DNA of 64,000 bases, taken from the NCBI GenBank assembly GCA_027493875.1, contig JAOSJX010000026.1, positions 109,479-173,478 of the forward strand, in the 5' to 3' direction. Positions 1 through 10,837 of the stretch are shown here, one piece after another (positions within the stretch are counted from its first letter, which is position 1; each line of letters starts with the position of its first letter). The stretch comes from Deltaproteobacteria bacterium (GTDB lineage: Bacteria; Lernaellota; Lernaellaia; JACKCT01). Both the position numbers and the translations under genes were made by a program. The notes below the pieces were generated by a model that did no database searches, had not been told where the DNA came from, and saw only the letters and a list, made by a program, of their open reading frames with translations.

Positions 1-425
1 TCATCATATTTCCCGTCAATATAGAGAGCTGTCCCGATCCATTCATACGGCTGGGCGAGAAAGGTCTCTTTTCCGTCGCCCTTGCCGCAACGCCCGAGGA
101 CCGCAACCACTTCCGTCAATTGTCGAAGAGCCTCTTGATCGATAGTGTCGGTCCACACATAGGCCATCCGACGTTTCGACGCATCGATCGCCGCCACAGC
201 CGACCGCTGCGCGGCAAGAAATTCCTCCACGGGACAATTCAGCGAGGTCAGATCATATTTATAAGAGAAATTTTTTTCACCATTCACCGTGACGCTCTCG
301 CTGTTTCCTTGCGCGAACGACGGTCGCGGAGAGGAGAGCAGCGTGGCCAGGGCCGCCAAGACCGTGGCGAGAAGCACCGTGAGATTTATCGAAAAAGCAA
401 CGGAGGACATCCGTCGCGTAAGCAT
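1..425 (-). CDS. exported hypothetical protein, runs off the left edge
   Basis: Absent from the ORF track because there is no stop in the window. GAGG RBS precedes ATG at 425. Reads MLTRRMSSVAFSINLTVLLATVLAALATLLSSPRPSFA-QGNSESV..., a signal peptide, and stays open to base 1. Confidence 0.7.
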   Translation of the reverse strand, partial: MLTRRMSSVAFSINLTVLLATVLAALATLLSSPRPSFAQGNSESVTVNGEKNFSYKYDLTSLNCPVEEFLAAQRSAVAAIDASKRRMAYVWTDTIDQEALRQLTEVVAVLGRCGKGDGKETFLAQPYEWIGTALYIDGKYD

Positions 426-467
426 AGCGTCACCTCGTTTCGACAGGCAGCAAGAAGATCATTAATT

Positions 468-1753
468 TTACCAGAATCCAAAATTCTGTTGAAACGTCTG
501 TTTTCCGTTTAACGATATGGTTCGAACGAAGCCTCCATCCGTCATGTTGTAGGCCATCGTCACGAGGTTGGTTTTTCCAGCGAAATTGTCGAGCGCTCGA
601 TCGACAAGCCATTGGATTGGGCCGTCACCGCCTCCCCAAAAACTTCCACCGCTTCCACCGGGCGGTTTTCCTTCCTCTTCGGGCGGCTTTCCTTCTTCGT
701 CTTCACCGTCTTCTTCATCATCTGGATCGTCCGATACGCCTAATTTAGTTTCACCGAGTATTGGTTCGTCGTTTTCATCGTATCCAATAACTCCCTCCTG
801 CTCAACGTGCGTCCCGCCGCTCATATCCGGCTCGTCCGGACCACCATCCCGGCCCGGTGAGTCGCCGCCGCTGCCCGGATCGACACCAGGATCGCCACTG
901 CCGGGCGGTTCGCCACCACCACCGACACCGGCACCCCATCCCGCACCGCCGTCGGGCCCGCCTTCACCCCAGCCGATCCATCCGCCTTCGCCGCCTGATG
1001 GGCCGTCGCCGGTGCCGACGCCTCCCGTACCTGTTCCACCGCCACCCCAGCCCCAATCAGTGCCGGAGCCTTCATCGATGGCCCCAATGCCGGTATCAAA
1101 CCCGGGCCTTGTGGTATCGAAAAAATTATCAAGAAAGTCGGGATCTAAAAAAGATCGTCGCCGACGGAAATTTCACCAACCCCAATGGTCCCCGGAGGCG
1201 TCTGGGTGGACGTGCCGCCGCCTATTCCGCCGCCGTCTTGAGGAAGCTGATTTTTCTCCCACGGATAAACCGGCTCAAAATGATAGGTTCCTTCGCCGAA
1301 AATAATCACGCCCGGCGTCGCCTCCGTTATGCCTTTCCCGCCGAACTGAAGCTTGATGCCGACGCCGCCGCCTACGCCGGTGATGCCGGTTTCGCCGGTT
1401 TCGCTCCCGTCGTCCGTATCGTCGTCACTGATGGGGATGGGCTCGTCCTCGCCCATTGTCTTGAGCGATGCGTCGTAGAACCATTGCGCGATCCATCCGT
1501 CGCCGGAACGCCGGATCGCCGATAGCTCGGAAAGACCGGCCCGCCGCCCCCGGCGCGTGAGCAGGCGCTCGATCAGACGCAGGTCTTTATTCATCCTCCG
1601 TTTGACCGCCGCCGCGGCGGTTTCGCTGCGATCGAGCGCGCGTCGAAACACCGTCGCATCCTGATAGCCGCCGGCGCCGCGGCGCGCCGCGAACTTCTTT
1701 CTCGCGAGGCGTTCTCTCGATACGCCGGCTCGTTTTGGGACGTACATCGGCAT
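468..1753 (-). CDS. Gly/Asp/Glu-rich hypothetical protein with basic N-terminus (frameshift near 1150)
   Basis: ORF 1145-1753 (MPMYVPKR...) joins the frame of ORF 468-824 across the A6 run at 1147-1152. Long GG/WG-rich low-complexity middle. Confidence 0.55.
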
Positions 1754-1764
1754 GGCGGCCACCC

Positions 1765-2833
1765 TTAGATCAGCGTTGTTTCCTCGCCCGTCTTTTCCAC
1801 AAACTGATTCCGTCGCGGCACCGTATTCCACAGCGGCACGCCGATCAGTTCCGCCACGCGGTTGAAGCTCGTGTTGCCGCGCCCGATATATTTCGCGAAC
1901 GACTCCAGCACGACGCCGTAGTAATCGGTGCTTCGGAATGCATTTTTATTGAGAATCCGCAAATGCCCTTCCGCCGGCTGGTCGTCCACCGCAAGCAGGC
2001 CAAAAGGCAACGGCACCTTCCGCCCCACCGTCACCGCGGCGCCCAGACCGGCCCAAAGGCCCACATACCGGCGCAGCACCTTCGACGTCTCCATCGACGT
2101 CGTGAAATATTTCTCCGGCTGCTCGTCCCACGGCACGATGAACAAATGGCCTCCACCGCCACGATCCCGCCCCGGAAATTATCGTTGATCGCGCATTCCC
2201 TTCAAGGGAAAAATGCGATTGGTACGCCAGAATCCCCAGGTCCGTGTTGTCGTGGATAAAGCAGTTGCGGAACGCCGCGCCCGTTCCCACCAGCCGCGCC
2301 CCCACGTTGCACCCCGTCAAGGCGCAATAGTCGAACTCCACGTCGCTGCCCGATTCGATCATCACCGCCGCTTCCGTTTCCGTATCGCTCTTCTGGAACT
2401 GGATGCCGCGGAATTCGATCGGAACGCCCGGGCACCGCTCCACCGACAGCGGCGGAAAAACCACGGGCCAATCGCCGTTCTCCGCCGGATCGAATTTGCT
2501 GTTTCCGAACGGGTTGTCGCCGTTGTTGTAGTCGCCCTCGTCAAACGCGTCCGCCTGGAACACGATCCCGACGTTGCTTGACGGACTCACCTTCACGCCC
2601 GAGTTGGCGGCGAGGCGGTCGAAACGGATGAGGTGGTCGATCATGTTAACGCCGTCGTAGATGTAAGATTGCGGCGTGCCGACGCTCCCGTCCACGTGGA
2701 CGACGTACTGATCGTCCACCGGATTGTCGATCAATTCAAGAATCTTGGACGGGTTCCGCCGCGCCGTGCCCGGGCCGGTTCCGTTGTTTCCGTCGCTTCC
2801 CGAGGTCGCGCTGATGTAGAGATCGACCGCCAT
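1765..2833 (-). CDS. right-handed beta-helix (pectin lyase/tailspike-like) protein (frameshift near 2190)
   Basis: GGAGGAG RBS, then MAVDLYISATSGSDGNNG (the xLYV..GSD.N.G start typical of beta-helix proteins) and the repeat FRNCFIHDNTDLGI. Probably continues into ORF 1765-2145. Confidence 0.55.
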
Positions 2834-3110
2834 GATGCCGCTCCTCCCGTGAAAGTGTACAAGCGCCACCATACCGCTGACCCCCCCCTTAATTCCGTGA
2901 AATCGCCAACATAAAAATGAATCTATTACAAAGAAAACTGTAGAGTACTCGGAAGCAATCAAACCTATAGAACAGGCCCCCTAAAAATCGTCTCCCGCCG
3001 ATCACCGGCTTGTCACACGCGCACTCGCCCGTTTTTCGCTATCCATCGCCTATCAACCGACTTTGTCTTTTTGTCGCCGTTCAGATCGCGGTTAATGGGA
3101 GGGTGCAACG

Positions 3111-3716
3111 ATGCCGAAACCAAAACCCACCATTCCGGAGATCGCCGACGTTGTCGTCGGATGCGAAAAAGTCAGTACGGAAATGTACCTTTACCAGAGC
3201 CTCCTGTTCGCCCGGGCTTTCTTTGTCGACGCCCGCGCGCTTTTCGGATCCCGTGCCGGAATGGTAGGGGCGCGATTCATCGCGCCCTCGACCGCACATC
3301 ATTCGGCGACACATCACGGCATTTCGCGAAGCCCCTCGGCCATTCCTCTCGTACTCACCGAGAAACTGAGCACGCGCCCGGAAAACATTCCCCATTCGAA
3401 ATTCGTCATTCGTCATTCCGAAGTGAGTCCGCACCACCGGGCAGACAGGGACGTCTGCGCTCCCAGGATCGACCGCGTACTCCCTTCGGTGAGCCCGCGC
3501 TCGTCCGTTGCCGTGACCGGTTCCCACGCCGTAGCTTCGCGAAGGCGGGTGACCGTGCCCGAATCTGGGACCGCCGAGCGCCGGCTCGGCCCGACACCGC
3601 GGACGAGCAACGTGGGTCCGCACCTAGGGGCCGAGCTGCCGCCGCCGCGCCGACTTGTCTCGACGAAGCGAGGCGAAGTCGGAAGCGGCGCTATGGCGCG
3701 GCGGCGGCTGCGGTAA
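3111..3716 (+). CDS. doubtful ORF reading through several REP-like and heptamer elements
   Basis: GGGAGG RBS before ATG. The translation contains peptides encoded by DNA repeats (VGARFIAP, HSKFVIRHS, ADRDVCAP, GTAERRLG). Confidence 0.3.
   Translation: MPKPKPTIPEIADVVVGCEKVSTEMYLYQSLLFARAFFVDARALFGSRAGMVGARFIAPSTAHHSATHHGISRSPSAIPLVLTEKLSTRPENIPHSKFVIRHSEVSPHHRADRDVCAPRIDRVLPSVSPRSSVAVTGSHAVASRRRVTVPESGTAERRLGPTPRTSNVGPHLGAELPPPRRLVSTKRGEVGSGAMARRRLR
3264..3590. repeat. cluster of REP-like palindromes
   Basis: GTAG-GGGCGCGAT-TC-ATCGCGCCC (3264-3287); GCAGAC-AGGGAC-GTCTGC (3441-3458); GCCGAGC-GCCG-GCTCGGC (3573-3590); heptamers CATTCGN at 3393-3420. Confidence 0.65.
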
Positions 3717-3729
3717 AAATGCGGCTCAA

Positions 3730-3762
3730 AATCCGCAATCCGCAATCGCCAATCCGCAATCG
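3730..3762. repeat. heptamer tandem repeat (AATCCGC)n
   Basis: AATCCGC AATCCGC AATCGCC AATCCGC AATCG. Confidence 0.8.
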
Positions 3763-3771
3763 AATGGGTGG

Positions 3772-3800
3772 TTGACATCCCGCGCCGACCGGCTATTGGT
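3772..3800 (+). promoter_or_regulatory. putative sigma70 promoter
   Basis: TTGACA at 3772-3777 and a weak -10 (TATTGG) 16 bp later, just before ATG 3807. Confidence 0.4.
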
Positions 3801-3806
3801 GTCGCG

Positions 3807-5226
3807 ATGTTGAAACGGCGCAAAATCGTTTTTCTGACGATCGCCGCGGCGATGGTCGCGCTGCCCTCGATGGCGACGGCCGAGGACGCGGGAGGACCTG
3901 TACGGCAGCGGGTTGAATTTGTTTTATGCCGGGCAGTACGCCATGGCGCGGGACAAGTTTCTCGCCGTCGCCAAGGATTTTCCCGACGCGCCCGAGGTGC
4001 GCGACGCGGTGTACAAGCTCGGCGAAGCGTTTTACCGCGAGGAAAACTGGGGCGAGGCGGGCGCGTATTTCCGTCTTTACATCGACCGCTACCCGCTCAC
4101 GCACAACGCCCGCGACGCCAAAGCGCGTCTCGCGCAGTGCGAGGAACGCGCCGGCGGCCCGATCGAAGCGGCGCGGCTGCCCTCGCGCGTCAGTCCCGTC
4201 GTGCATCGCGCCGTGCTGGCGGATTTTCTGCCGTTTCCCTCCGAGACCGCGCTGCGCCGCGCGTCCGCGCAGCTCGTCGGGCAAGGCGTCACCACCGTGA
4301 TCGCCGCGGCGGCGACGCGGCCGCGCACGCCCGTCCATGCGCTCCTCGGCGACGCGCGCGAACGGCAAGGCGCGTACTTCCCAACGGACCGCGCGCCGGT
4401 GGTCGGCGACGTGATCGAACCGCTCTGCCGCGTCGCGGGAGGACTCAAGCTGCGCGTGTTCGCGCTGATCGACCCGCTCGACGCGTCGTGGGCGGAAGAG
4501 AGCGGCGGCGACGCGCGCCTCGACCTGTTCGATCCCGAGGTCCGCGCGCGCGCGCAAGGACTCATCGCCGATCTCGCCAAAACACCGGTGGCGGGCATCG
4601 TCGTCGCCGGGCTGAACTCACCGCCGTCCGGGGAAGCGTCGGAGCACGCGCTCGCCGCATACGAGAAAATCGCCGGCCGCCGGCCCGCGCCCGAGGCGTT
4701 CTTTGACGAGACCGGCGCGCCGACCGCGGCGTACGCGGAGTTCGCGGAGTTCAAGGCGCGCGCCGCCGCCGAATTGGCCGCGGCCCTCGCGGGCGCGGCC
4801 AAGGAAACGAATGCGTCGCTGCGCGTTTTCGTGGAGGTCGACGCGCGCGCGCTGACGGACGCGCCCGACGCTCTGGCCGCGTTGGCGCAGGACGCCGAGG
4901 CGTTGCTGAACGCCCCCGGCGTCGACGGGTTGCTGGCGCGGGTGCCGTGGCACAAGGACGGAATCGCCGACACCGCGGTGCTGGAAAAGTCCGCGCGCGA
5001 GGCGCACGCGCTCGACCCCTCCGGCGAACGCATCGTGCTCGCCCTGCCCGTCTTCGACGAGGCGACCAAACGGTTTTATCTCCCCGACGAAATCCGCGCG
5101 GCTTACGCGGCGCTCACCGGCCGCGGGCCGCGCGGCGTCGCGGTCTTTCCCGCGCGCCTGGACTTTCCCTATAATTCGCTGTTCACTGACGCGCCTGTCG
5201 TGCAAGGAAAGGACCTCGCCCCATGA
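3807..5226 (+). CDS. exported TPR (BamD/YfiO-like) protein fused to a PgaB/GHL13-like glycoside hydrolase barrel (frameshift near 3900)
   Basis: Signal peptide MLKRRKIVFLTIAAAMVALPSMATA; TPR motifs (DAVYKLGEAFY, YIDRYP); GAYFPTDRAPVVGD and LDLFDPEVR resemble the PgaB C-terminal domain. Confidence 0.55.
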
Positions 5227-6388
5227 CTCGTCATCGCCGGCCTTCCGCCGTTTTTTTCTTTTGGCCGCCGCGGCGGCTCTGCTTTGCGCCTGCTCCAACA
5301 CGGGAAGCGCGAAGGAAAAGGACACCATCATCGTCGCGTTCACCGGCGACGTGATCGGCGAGTACACCACGTGCGGCTGCAAGCACAATCCGTCCGGCGG
5401 GTTGGCGAAGCGCGCGAAGTTCTTTCAGGACCTGCGCGCCCAATACCCCAACGTGCTCGCCTTCGATCTCGGAAACCAGCTTCACAAGAACCGCGAGTAC
5501 GGCGACGGCCAGACTGCCAAGGAAAACGCGCGGGCGGACTTGTTCGTGCGTTCGCTGAATCATATGAAGCTGACGGCGGCGGTTCCCGGCCCCCTCGATT
5601 TCGCGCTCGGCGTGGACGCGTTCCGGGACGCGCACAAAAAAATGGAATTCCCCCTGCTCGCCGGCAACGCGCGTTACGCGGACGGCGGCCCCGCGTTCAA
5701 GGATACGCTCGTCGTGAAGGCCGGCGAATACCGCGTCGGTGTCATCGGTCTGGCGAGCGCGAAATTCGAACACCGCGGCGTCGCGGTCGATCACGGCGGG
5801 CTTAAGATTGACGACCCGGCGGGCTACGCGAAAAGCGCGCTTCCCGCGCTCGCGAAGGAAACGGACATCGTGATCGCCGTCGGCAATCTCGACGACGACG
5901 AAGTGGAGGACGTTCTCAAGAAAACCGAGGGCATCAACTTCTTTCTCGCCGCGGGCACCACCGGCCGCTTCACGCGCGATTTTCAGGAGGTCGACGGCGT
6001 TCCCGTGTTTCGGATGGCGCCGCGCGGCCGGCAGGTCGGCGTGCTGGAAATCGCGCCGGTGGACCACGATTTCCACTTCACCAACCGCACCGAGATCGAA
6101 CACATCCGCGACCGCGTCGCCCGCTACGAAAAGATCACGACGCGGATGGAAAAGCAGGCCGGCGGGCAGGACGTGGAGGAGTATTACGCCGACAGCCCGT
6201 CCGCGCAGTCGCGGTACCGCGCGCTCAAGGGAAAGCTCGCCGAGGAACGCAAGAAACTCGAAAGCGCCTCGCAGACCGGTTCCTACTTCCTGTTCAAGCA
6301 GGTCAACCTCGGCGAAGACCGCGCCGACGATATGCAGGTCAACGGCTGGGCCACCAAGTTTTCCGAAGCGTTCGGCGCCGATAGCTGA
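5223..6388 (+). CDS. UshA/5'-nucleotidase-like lipoprotein with CGC motif
   Basis: Lipobox LLCAC; FTGDVIGEYTTCGCKHNPSGGLAKR and DLGN motifs; coiled-coil insert near the C-terminus. Start shifted at a poly-T run. Confidence 0.65.
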
Positions 6389-6400
6389 CGCGCGCCCCCC

Positions 6401-7345
6401 ATGGGCTACCGTAAACGCGAGGATTTTCTGGACCGGGTGGCGAAGCGGGAAAAACGCCGGCCCGGCGCGGGATCGGCGGGGCCGCTCGAAACCGCGCGCG
6501 TCCTGGCGAATCACGGCATCCGCTGTCTCGTCCGCACGGAAAGCGGCGACGAACGTCTCCTCCCGATCAGCCGCAAGCTGACGGCCGTCGCCGGCGACCT
6601 CGCCGAAATCGACGGCGAACGCGTTCACGCGCTGCGTCCGCGGGGCCGCGTCCTCGCCCGCGCCGACCACAAACGCACGCAGATCATCGCCGCCAACGTC
6701 GACCGTGTCGTGCTCGTCCAAGCCGCGTCGCAACCGCCGTTTCGCGAGGGCCTCGCCGACCGCTATCAGGTTTTTTGCGCGGTGATGGACCTGCCGCTCG
6801 TTCTGCTCGTAAACAAGATGGACGAACCGGCGCCGGACGTCGCGGACCGCGCGCGCGCTTACGAGGCGCTGGGCGTCGAGGTGCTCTTCGCCTCCGCCAA
6901 AAACGGCGAGGGTTTGGAAACCGTCGCCGAAAAACTGAGCGACGGCGTCAGCGTCCTGGCCGGCCACTCCGGCGTCGGAAAGTCGAGCCTGATGGCCCGG
7001 CTCGTGCCGGACCACGACATCGCCGTCGGCGACATCAACGAGGCGATCGGCCGCGGCCGTCAGACGACCACCACCGCGCGGGCCTATCCCTTTCGCGACG
7101 GCTACCTCGTGGACACGCCGGGTGTGCGCGAGTTCAGCTTCGCCGGCGTCGAGCCGGCGCAAGTCGCACCGGCGTTCGACGACATCGCCGAACGCGCGGC
7201 GGAATGCAAGTTCCGAAATTGCCTGCACCAGGAGGAACCGGATTGCGCGGTGCGCGGCGCGGCGGAGCGCGGCGCGATCTCCGCGGAGCGGTACGCGTCG
7301 TACCTGCGCATTTTGGAATCGCTCAAGGCGCCGGGTCGCTCGTAG
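6401..7345 (+). CDS. rsgA: ribosome small subunit-dependent GTPase A
   Basis: NKMD, GHSGVGKSSL, GRQTTT, DTPGVREF and zinc site CKFRNCLHQEEPDC. Confidence 0.95.
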   Translation: MGYRKREDFLDRVAKREKRRPGAGSAGPLETARVLANHGIRCLVRTESGDERLLPISRKLTAVAGDLAEIDGERVHALRPRGRVLARADHKRTQIIAANVDRVVLVQAASQPPFREGLADRYQVFCAVMDLPLVLLVNKMDEPAPDVADRARAYEALGVEVLFASAKNGEGLETVAEKLSDGVSVLAGHSGVGKSSLMARLVPDHDIAVGDINEAIGRGRQTTTTARAYPFRDGYLVDTPGVREFSFAGVEPAQVAPAFDDIAERAAECKFRNCLHQEEPDCAVRGAAERGAISAERYASYLRILESLKAPGRS

Positions 7346-8906
7346 TCCACTGGCAGCGGTAGAGGTCGTAGATCGCGCCGGTTCCCTTGTTCGGCGGCGA
7401 CGACCAGATCCGCGTGAATCGGCCGGGCGCGCCCCGCACGAGAAGATGCAGCCAGTCCTCCTCCCAATCGCGGATGAGCACGAGCAGGCGCGGCCGCCGC
7501 TCCGCGAGAATCCGGCGCAGCGTCATCGTACGCGTTCCGGCTTTGGCCGCCAGTTGCTTCGCCACGCTGACGTCGGTCAACCCGACAATGTCCACAACGT
7601 CGCGCCCGCTGAAATAGGTCAGCGCGCCGACGTCGTGCGCGGCGACGGATTCCCCCGCACGGCTATAGCCTTTGACCGCCGTGACCATGGGGATCAGGTA
7701 CTCCACCGTGTCGCGGACGTCGGTGTTGTATTCCCATCGGTAGACCTGCGACGCGTGCGCGGTGGCCGGTAGGAGCGCGAGCGCACCGGCGCCGAGCGCC
7801 GCGGCGTGCCATGCGCGCCGTTCCCGGAGACGCCCGGCCGCCCAAAAAATCGCGACGGCCGCCGCCACCGCGACGAGCGTCCAGAGGGGATGCTGGTAAC
7901 GCGCCCGGTAGTGGTTGAGCGCGTCCGGAAACTTGATCAAGTAGGAAAGGTAGAAGGCCGCGAGAAAGAGGATTTCGGCGAACCGCCGGCGAAGTACGAA
8001 CCCGGCCAGCGCGACGTAGCCGACGATGCGCGCCGTGAAAAACATCAGCGTCAGCGGCTTCAGGAGATCGCCCGGGTCGGGAAACTGCGCGGCATCGAAA
8101 TTGAAAAACACCGCCTTCGCCGAGACGGTACCGGAGATCGGATGCCCGGTAACGATCAGGTTCGCGACGAGGAACGGCGCGTAGACCGCCGCGGCAATCG
8201 CCCCGGATTTGACGAAGCTCCCAAGCCCCTCGCGATCCTTCTTGTAGAGGTGACGCAGGGCCGCCGCGCCGTGCGTTGCGGCGAGAAGGAACAGGCCCTC
8301 GGGACGTGTGAGCATCGCGGCACCACTCACCACACCGCGGACGATGAACCCGCGCCGCGATCGGTCGTCGACGTCGGCCAGGTAGAACGTCCAGATGAGC
8401 AGCGCGGTGAACAAGCTGGTTTCCATGCCGTTGCCGAGGTCGTAGAGCATCGGGCCGCCGAAAACGCACAGCCCCGCCGCGAGCGCGAAGGCGCGGCGGT
8501 CCCGCGCAATCCGTTCGGCGTAGAGGCCCGCGCCGACGATGGCGAAGAGAAACGCGGCGAACGACACGAGACGCGCGGCGGGCTCGACGCCGACGGCGAG
8601 GCCGGCGAGGCCGACGATGACGACGTGCAGCGGACTCGTGACGCCTTGCAGCAGCCGGCCGCGCACGACGGCAAGCTCGAAATGTTCGGCGACATTGCGC
8701 GCGGCGGCGAGGCTGATGTAGCTGTCGTCGAACGTGAAGAAATCACGCGGCGCATCGCGGCCGAAGGCAACCGCGACGATGGTAGCGAAGACCAACACGG
8801 CGATGACGATCGGCCACCGCCGCGATAGCGGACCCTCTTTCGGCCACGGAATCGCACTCCCCAGGATCAGACAGGCAAGGACCGCCAAAACGGCAAGATA
8901 AAACAC
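7323..8906 (-). CDS. multi-pass membrane GT-C-type glycosyltransferase-like protein
   Basis: FDDSYIS, GVTSPLH, GMET, TRPEG and DIVGL motifs with many TM segments. Start is approximate. Confidence 0.65.
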   Translation of the reverse strand: MFYLAVLAVLACLILGSAIPWPKEGPLSRRWPIVIAVLVFATIVAVAFGRDAPRDFFTFDDSYISLAAARNVAEHFELAVVRGRLLQGVTSPLHVVIVGLAGLAVGVEPAARLVSFAAFLFAIVGAGLYAERIARDRRAFALAAGLCVFGGPMLYDLGNGMETSLFTALLIWTFYLADVDDRSRRGFIVRGVVSGAAMLTRPEGLFLLAATHGAAALRHLYKKDREGLGSFVKSGAIAAAVYAPFLVANLIVTGHPISGTVSAKAVFFNFDAAQFPDPGDLLKPLTLMFFTARIVGYVALAGFVLRRRFAEILFLAAFYLSYLIKFPDALNHYRARYQHPLWTLVAVAAAVAIFWAAGRLRERRAWHAAALGAGALALLPATAHASQVYRWEYNTDVRDTVEYLIPMVTAVKGYSRAGESVAAHDVGALTYFSGRDVVDIVGLTDVSVAKQLAAKAGTRTMTLRRILAERRPRLLVLIRDWEEDWLHLLVRGAPGRFTRIWSSPPNKGTGAIYDLYRCQWTTSDPAP

Positions 8907-9000
8907 GGCGCCGATGTTAGCCCGACGACGCGGCAAGGTCACTATCTCTTTCTTTTTCCACGGCGATCGTTCAGATTGGCGCCGTTTTTTGGGGACAGGC

Positions 9001-9462
9001 ATGTCGGACGCGGAAAAACTCATCACCCGGAACCGCAAGGCCTTTCACGACTACCACATCGTGGAGGAGTTCGAGGCCGGGCTCGTGCTCCAGGGGACGG
9101 AGGTGAAAGCCCTCCGCGAAGGGTCGGCGTCCATCAAAGAGGGCTGGGTGGACATCAAGGACGACGAGGCGTGGCTCGTCGACGCGCACATCCCGCCCTA
9201 CTCCCACGGCTCCGACGCGAACCACGAGCCCTTCCGCCGGCGCAAGCTGCTCCTGCACAAGCGCGAGATCCGCAAGATGGACCAGCGCATCAAGGAAAAG
9301 GGCTACACCGCCGTACCGCTGCGCCTCTACTTCAAGCGCGGCGTCGCCAAACTCGTCGTCGGCCTCGCCAAAGGCAAAACGCACGGCGACAAGCGCGAGT
9401 CCATGCGCGAGCGCGATGACAAGCGCGACATGGACCGGGCGATGAGAACCCGTAGAAAGTAG
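9001..9462 (+). CDS. smpB: SsrA-binding protein
   Basis: NRKAFHDY, GLVLQGTEVKALR, RKLLLHKREI, GKTHGDKRE. Confidence 0.97.
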   Translation: MSDAEKLITRNRKAFHDYHIVEEFEAGLVLQGTEVKALREGSASIKEGWVDIKDDEAWLVDAHIPPYSHGSDANHEPFRRRKLLLHKREIRKMDQRIKEKGYTAVPLRLYFKRGVAKLVVGLAKGKTHGDKRESMRERDDKRDMDRAMRTRRK

Positions 9463-9465
9463 TCG

Positions 9466-10837
9466 TCAGTTTCCGGCGGCGGTCAAGTTGAATGCGCCGT
9501 CAGCGGCCGTGTAACCGGAGCCGACGGCGTGGTCGATACCGACGCCGGTGAGGTAGTTGCCGGCGAGGACGAGGCCGTGGATTTTGGCGGCGCGGGCGCG
9601 GAGGTCGTCGATCTTTTCGGGGTGGTCGGGGACGAGCTGCGGGATGGCGTGCGTGTAGCGAAGGATGTCCGCGAAGTCAAAATCGCGGATGCCGAGAATT
9701 TTTGCTTGGTCCGCCCGCGCAACGGCGAGGAGTTCGTCGTCGGAAAGCTTCATCGCTTCCGGGTCGAGCGTCCCGCCAATGAATGCCGTGTTCACAAAGT
9801 GTCCCTCCGGTGCGCGTCCCGGAAAAAGCTGCGAGACGAAGACGGTGCCCAGCGTGCGGATGCCGTAGTGCCGCGGAATGAGTGCGCCGAAGCCGGGTGG
9901 GACGTTCTGCGTTGCGTCGCCGCCGAGATGCACCACGGCGACCGGCGCCATCGGGATGCCGGCGAGAATGTCGCCCATGCCGGCATTGAGCGGACCCAAA
10001 AGTTTTGCCGCAACGGGCGGCGGCACGGCGCACACGACGCATCGCGCCGCAATCGCTTCGCCCCCGGCCCGAACGGTGAGGCCGTTCTCCGCGCGCTCGA
10101 TCGCGTCGACCGGCGTGCCCGTTCGCACGCCGGTCTCGCCAATGCGTCGCGCCATTTCGCGGGGGAGAAATCCGAGGCCTTCGCGAAAGCTGAACAGCCC
10201 CCTTGCGGCTGGGCCGCCCGGCGGCTTCGCGTTCCTTTTTCTTTTCCTTCATGTAACGCATCGCGCCGCGGATCATCGACCCGTGATCGTTTTCGAAATT
10301 CCAAAATTTCGGGAAGGACGCGCGGGCGCCGATGCGCGCCGGATCGCCGGCGTAAATACCGGAAACGAACGTGCCCGCGAGATACATCGTCGCCTCCTCG
10401 CCGAAGCGGCGCAAAAAGAAATCGAGCGCCGTATCGTGTTTTTTCGCGCCGCTTTTTCGAAAGGGCTCGCTCGCAAGGCGCAATTTGGCGCCGAATGACA
10501 GCAGCGGCGTCGTCAAAAAGGAGATCGGGCCGAGGGGAATGGCGTGGATTTTTCCGTCGCGATAGACGTAGCGGTTGTCCGCGGCGGCGGAGGCTTTTTG
10601 CACTTCGCTTTCGACGTCTAAATCGCCGACAAGACGCCACACGTTGTCCGCACTCGCGATAAAGCTGTGCGGGCCGCGCTCGAGCGTGTAGCCGTCGCGT
10701 TTGTACGTGCGGATATTGCCGCCGACCTCGTCGGCGGCTTCGATCACGAGGACCTTGCGTCCCGCTTCTTGAAGCCGCCAGGCGGCAACCATCCCGGAGA
10801 TCCCGCCGCCGACCACGACGACGTCAAACTCAGGCAT
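9466..10837 (-). CDS. hemY: protoporphyrinogen/coproporphyrinogen oxidase, HemY family (frameshift near 10190)
   Basis: VVGGGISG dinucleotide fold, ERGPHSF, SGIYAGDP, AIPQ, GNYLTGVGI. Confidence 0.9.

Noticed and set aside
5370-5382. Selenocysteine recoding in the UshA-like gene
   Set aside because: Both codons are TGC; there is no in-frame TGA.
8900-9480. tmRNA gene or integration site beside smpB
   Set aside because: The flanks are fully occupied by CDSs, and no tRNA-like ends were recognised.
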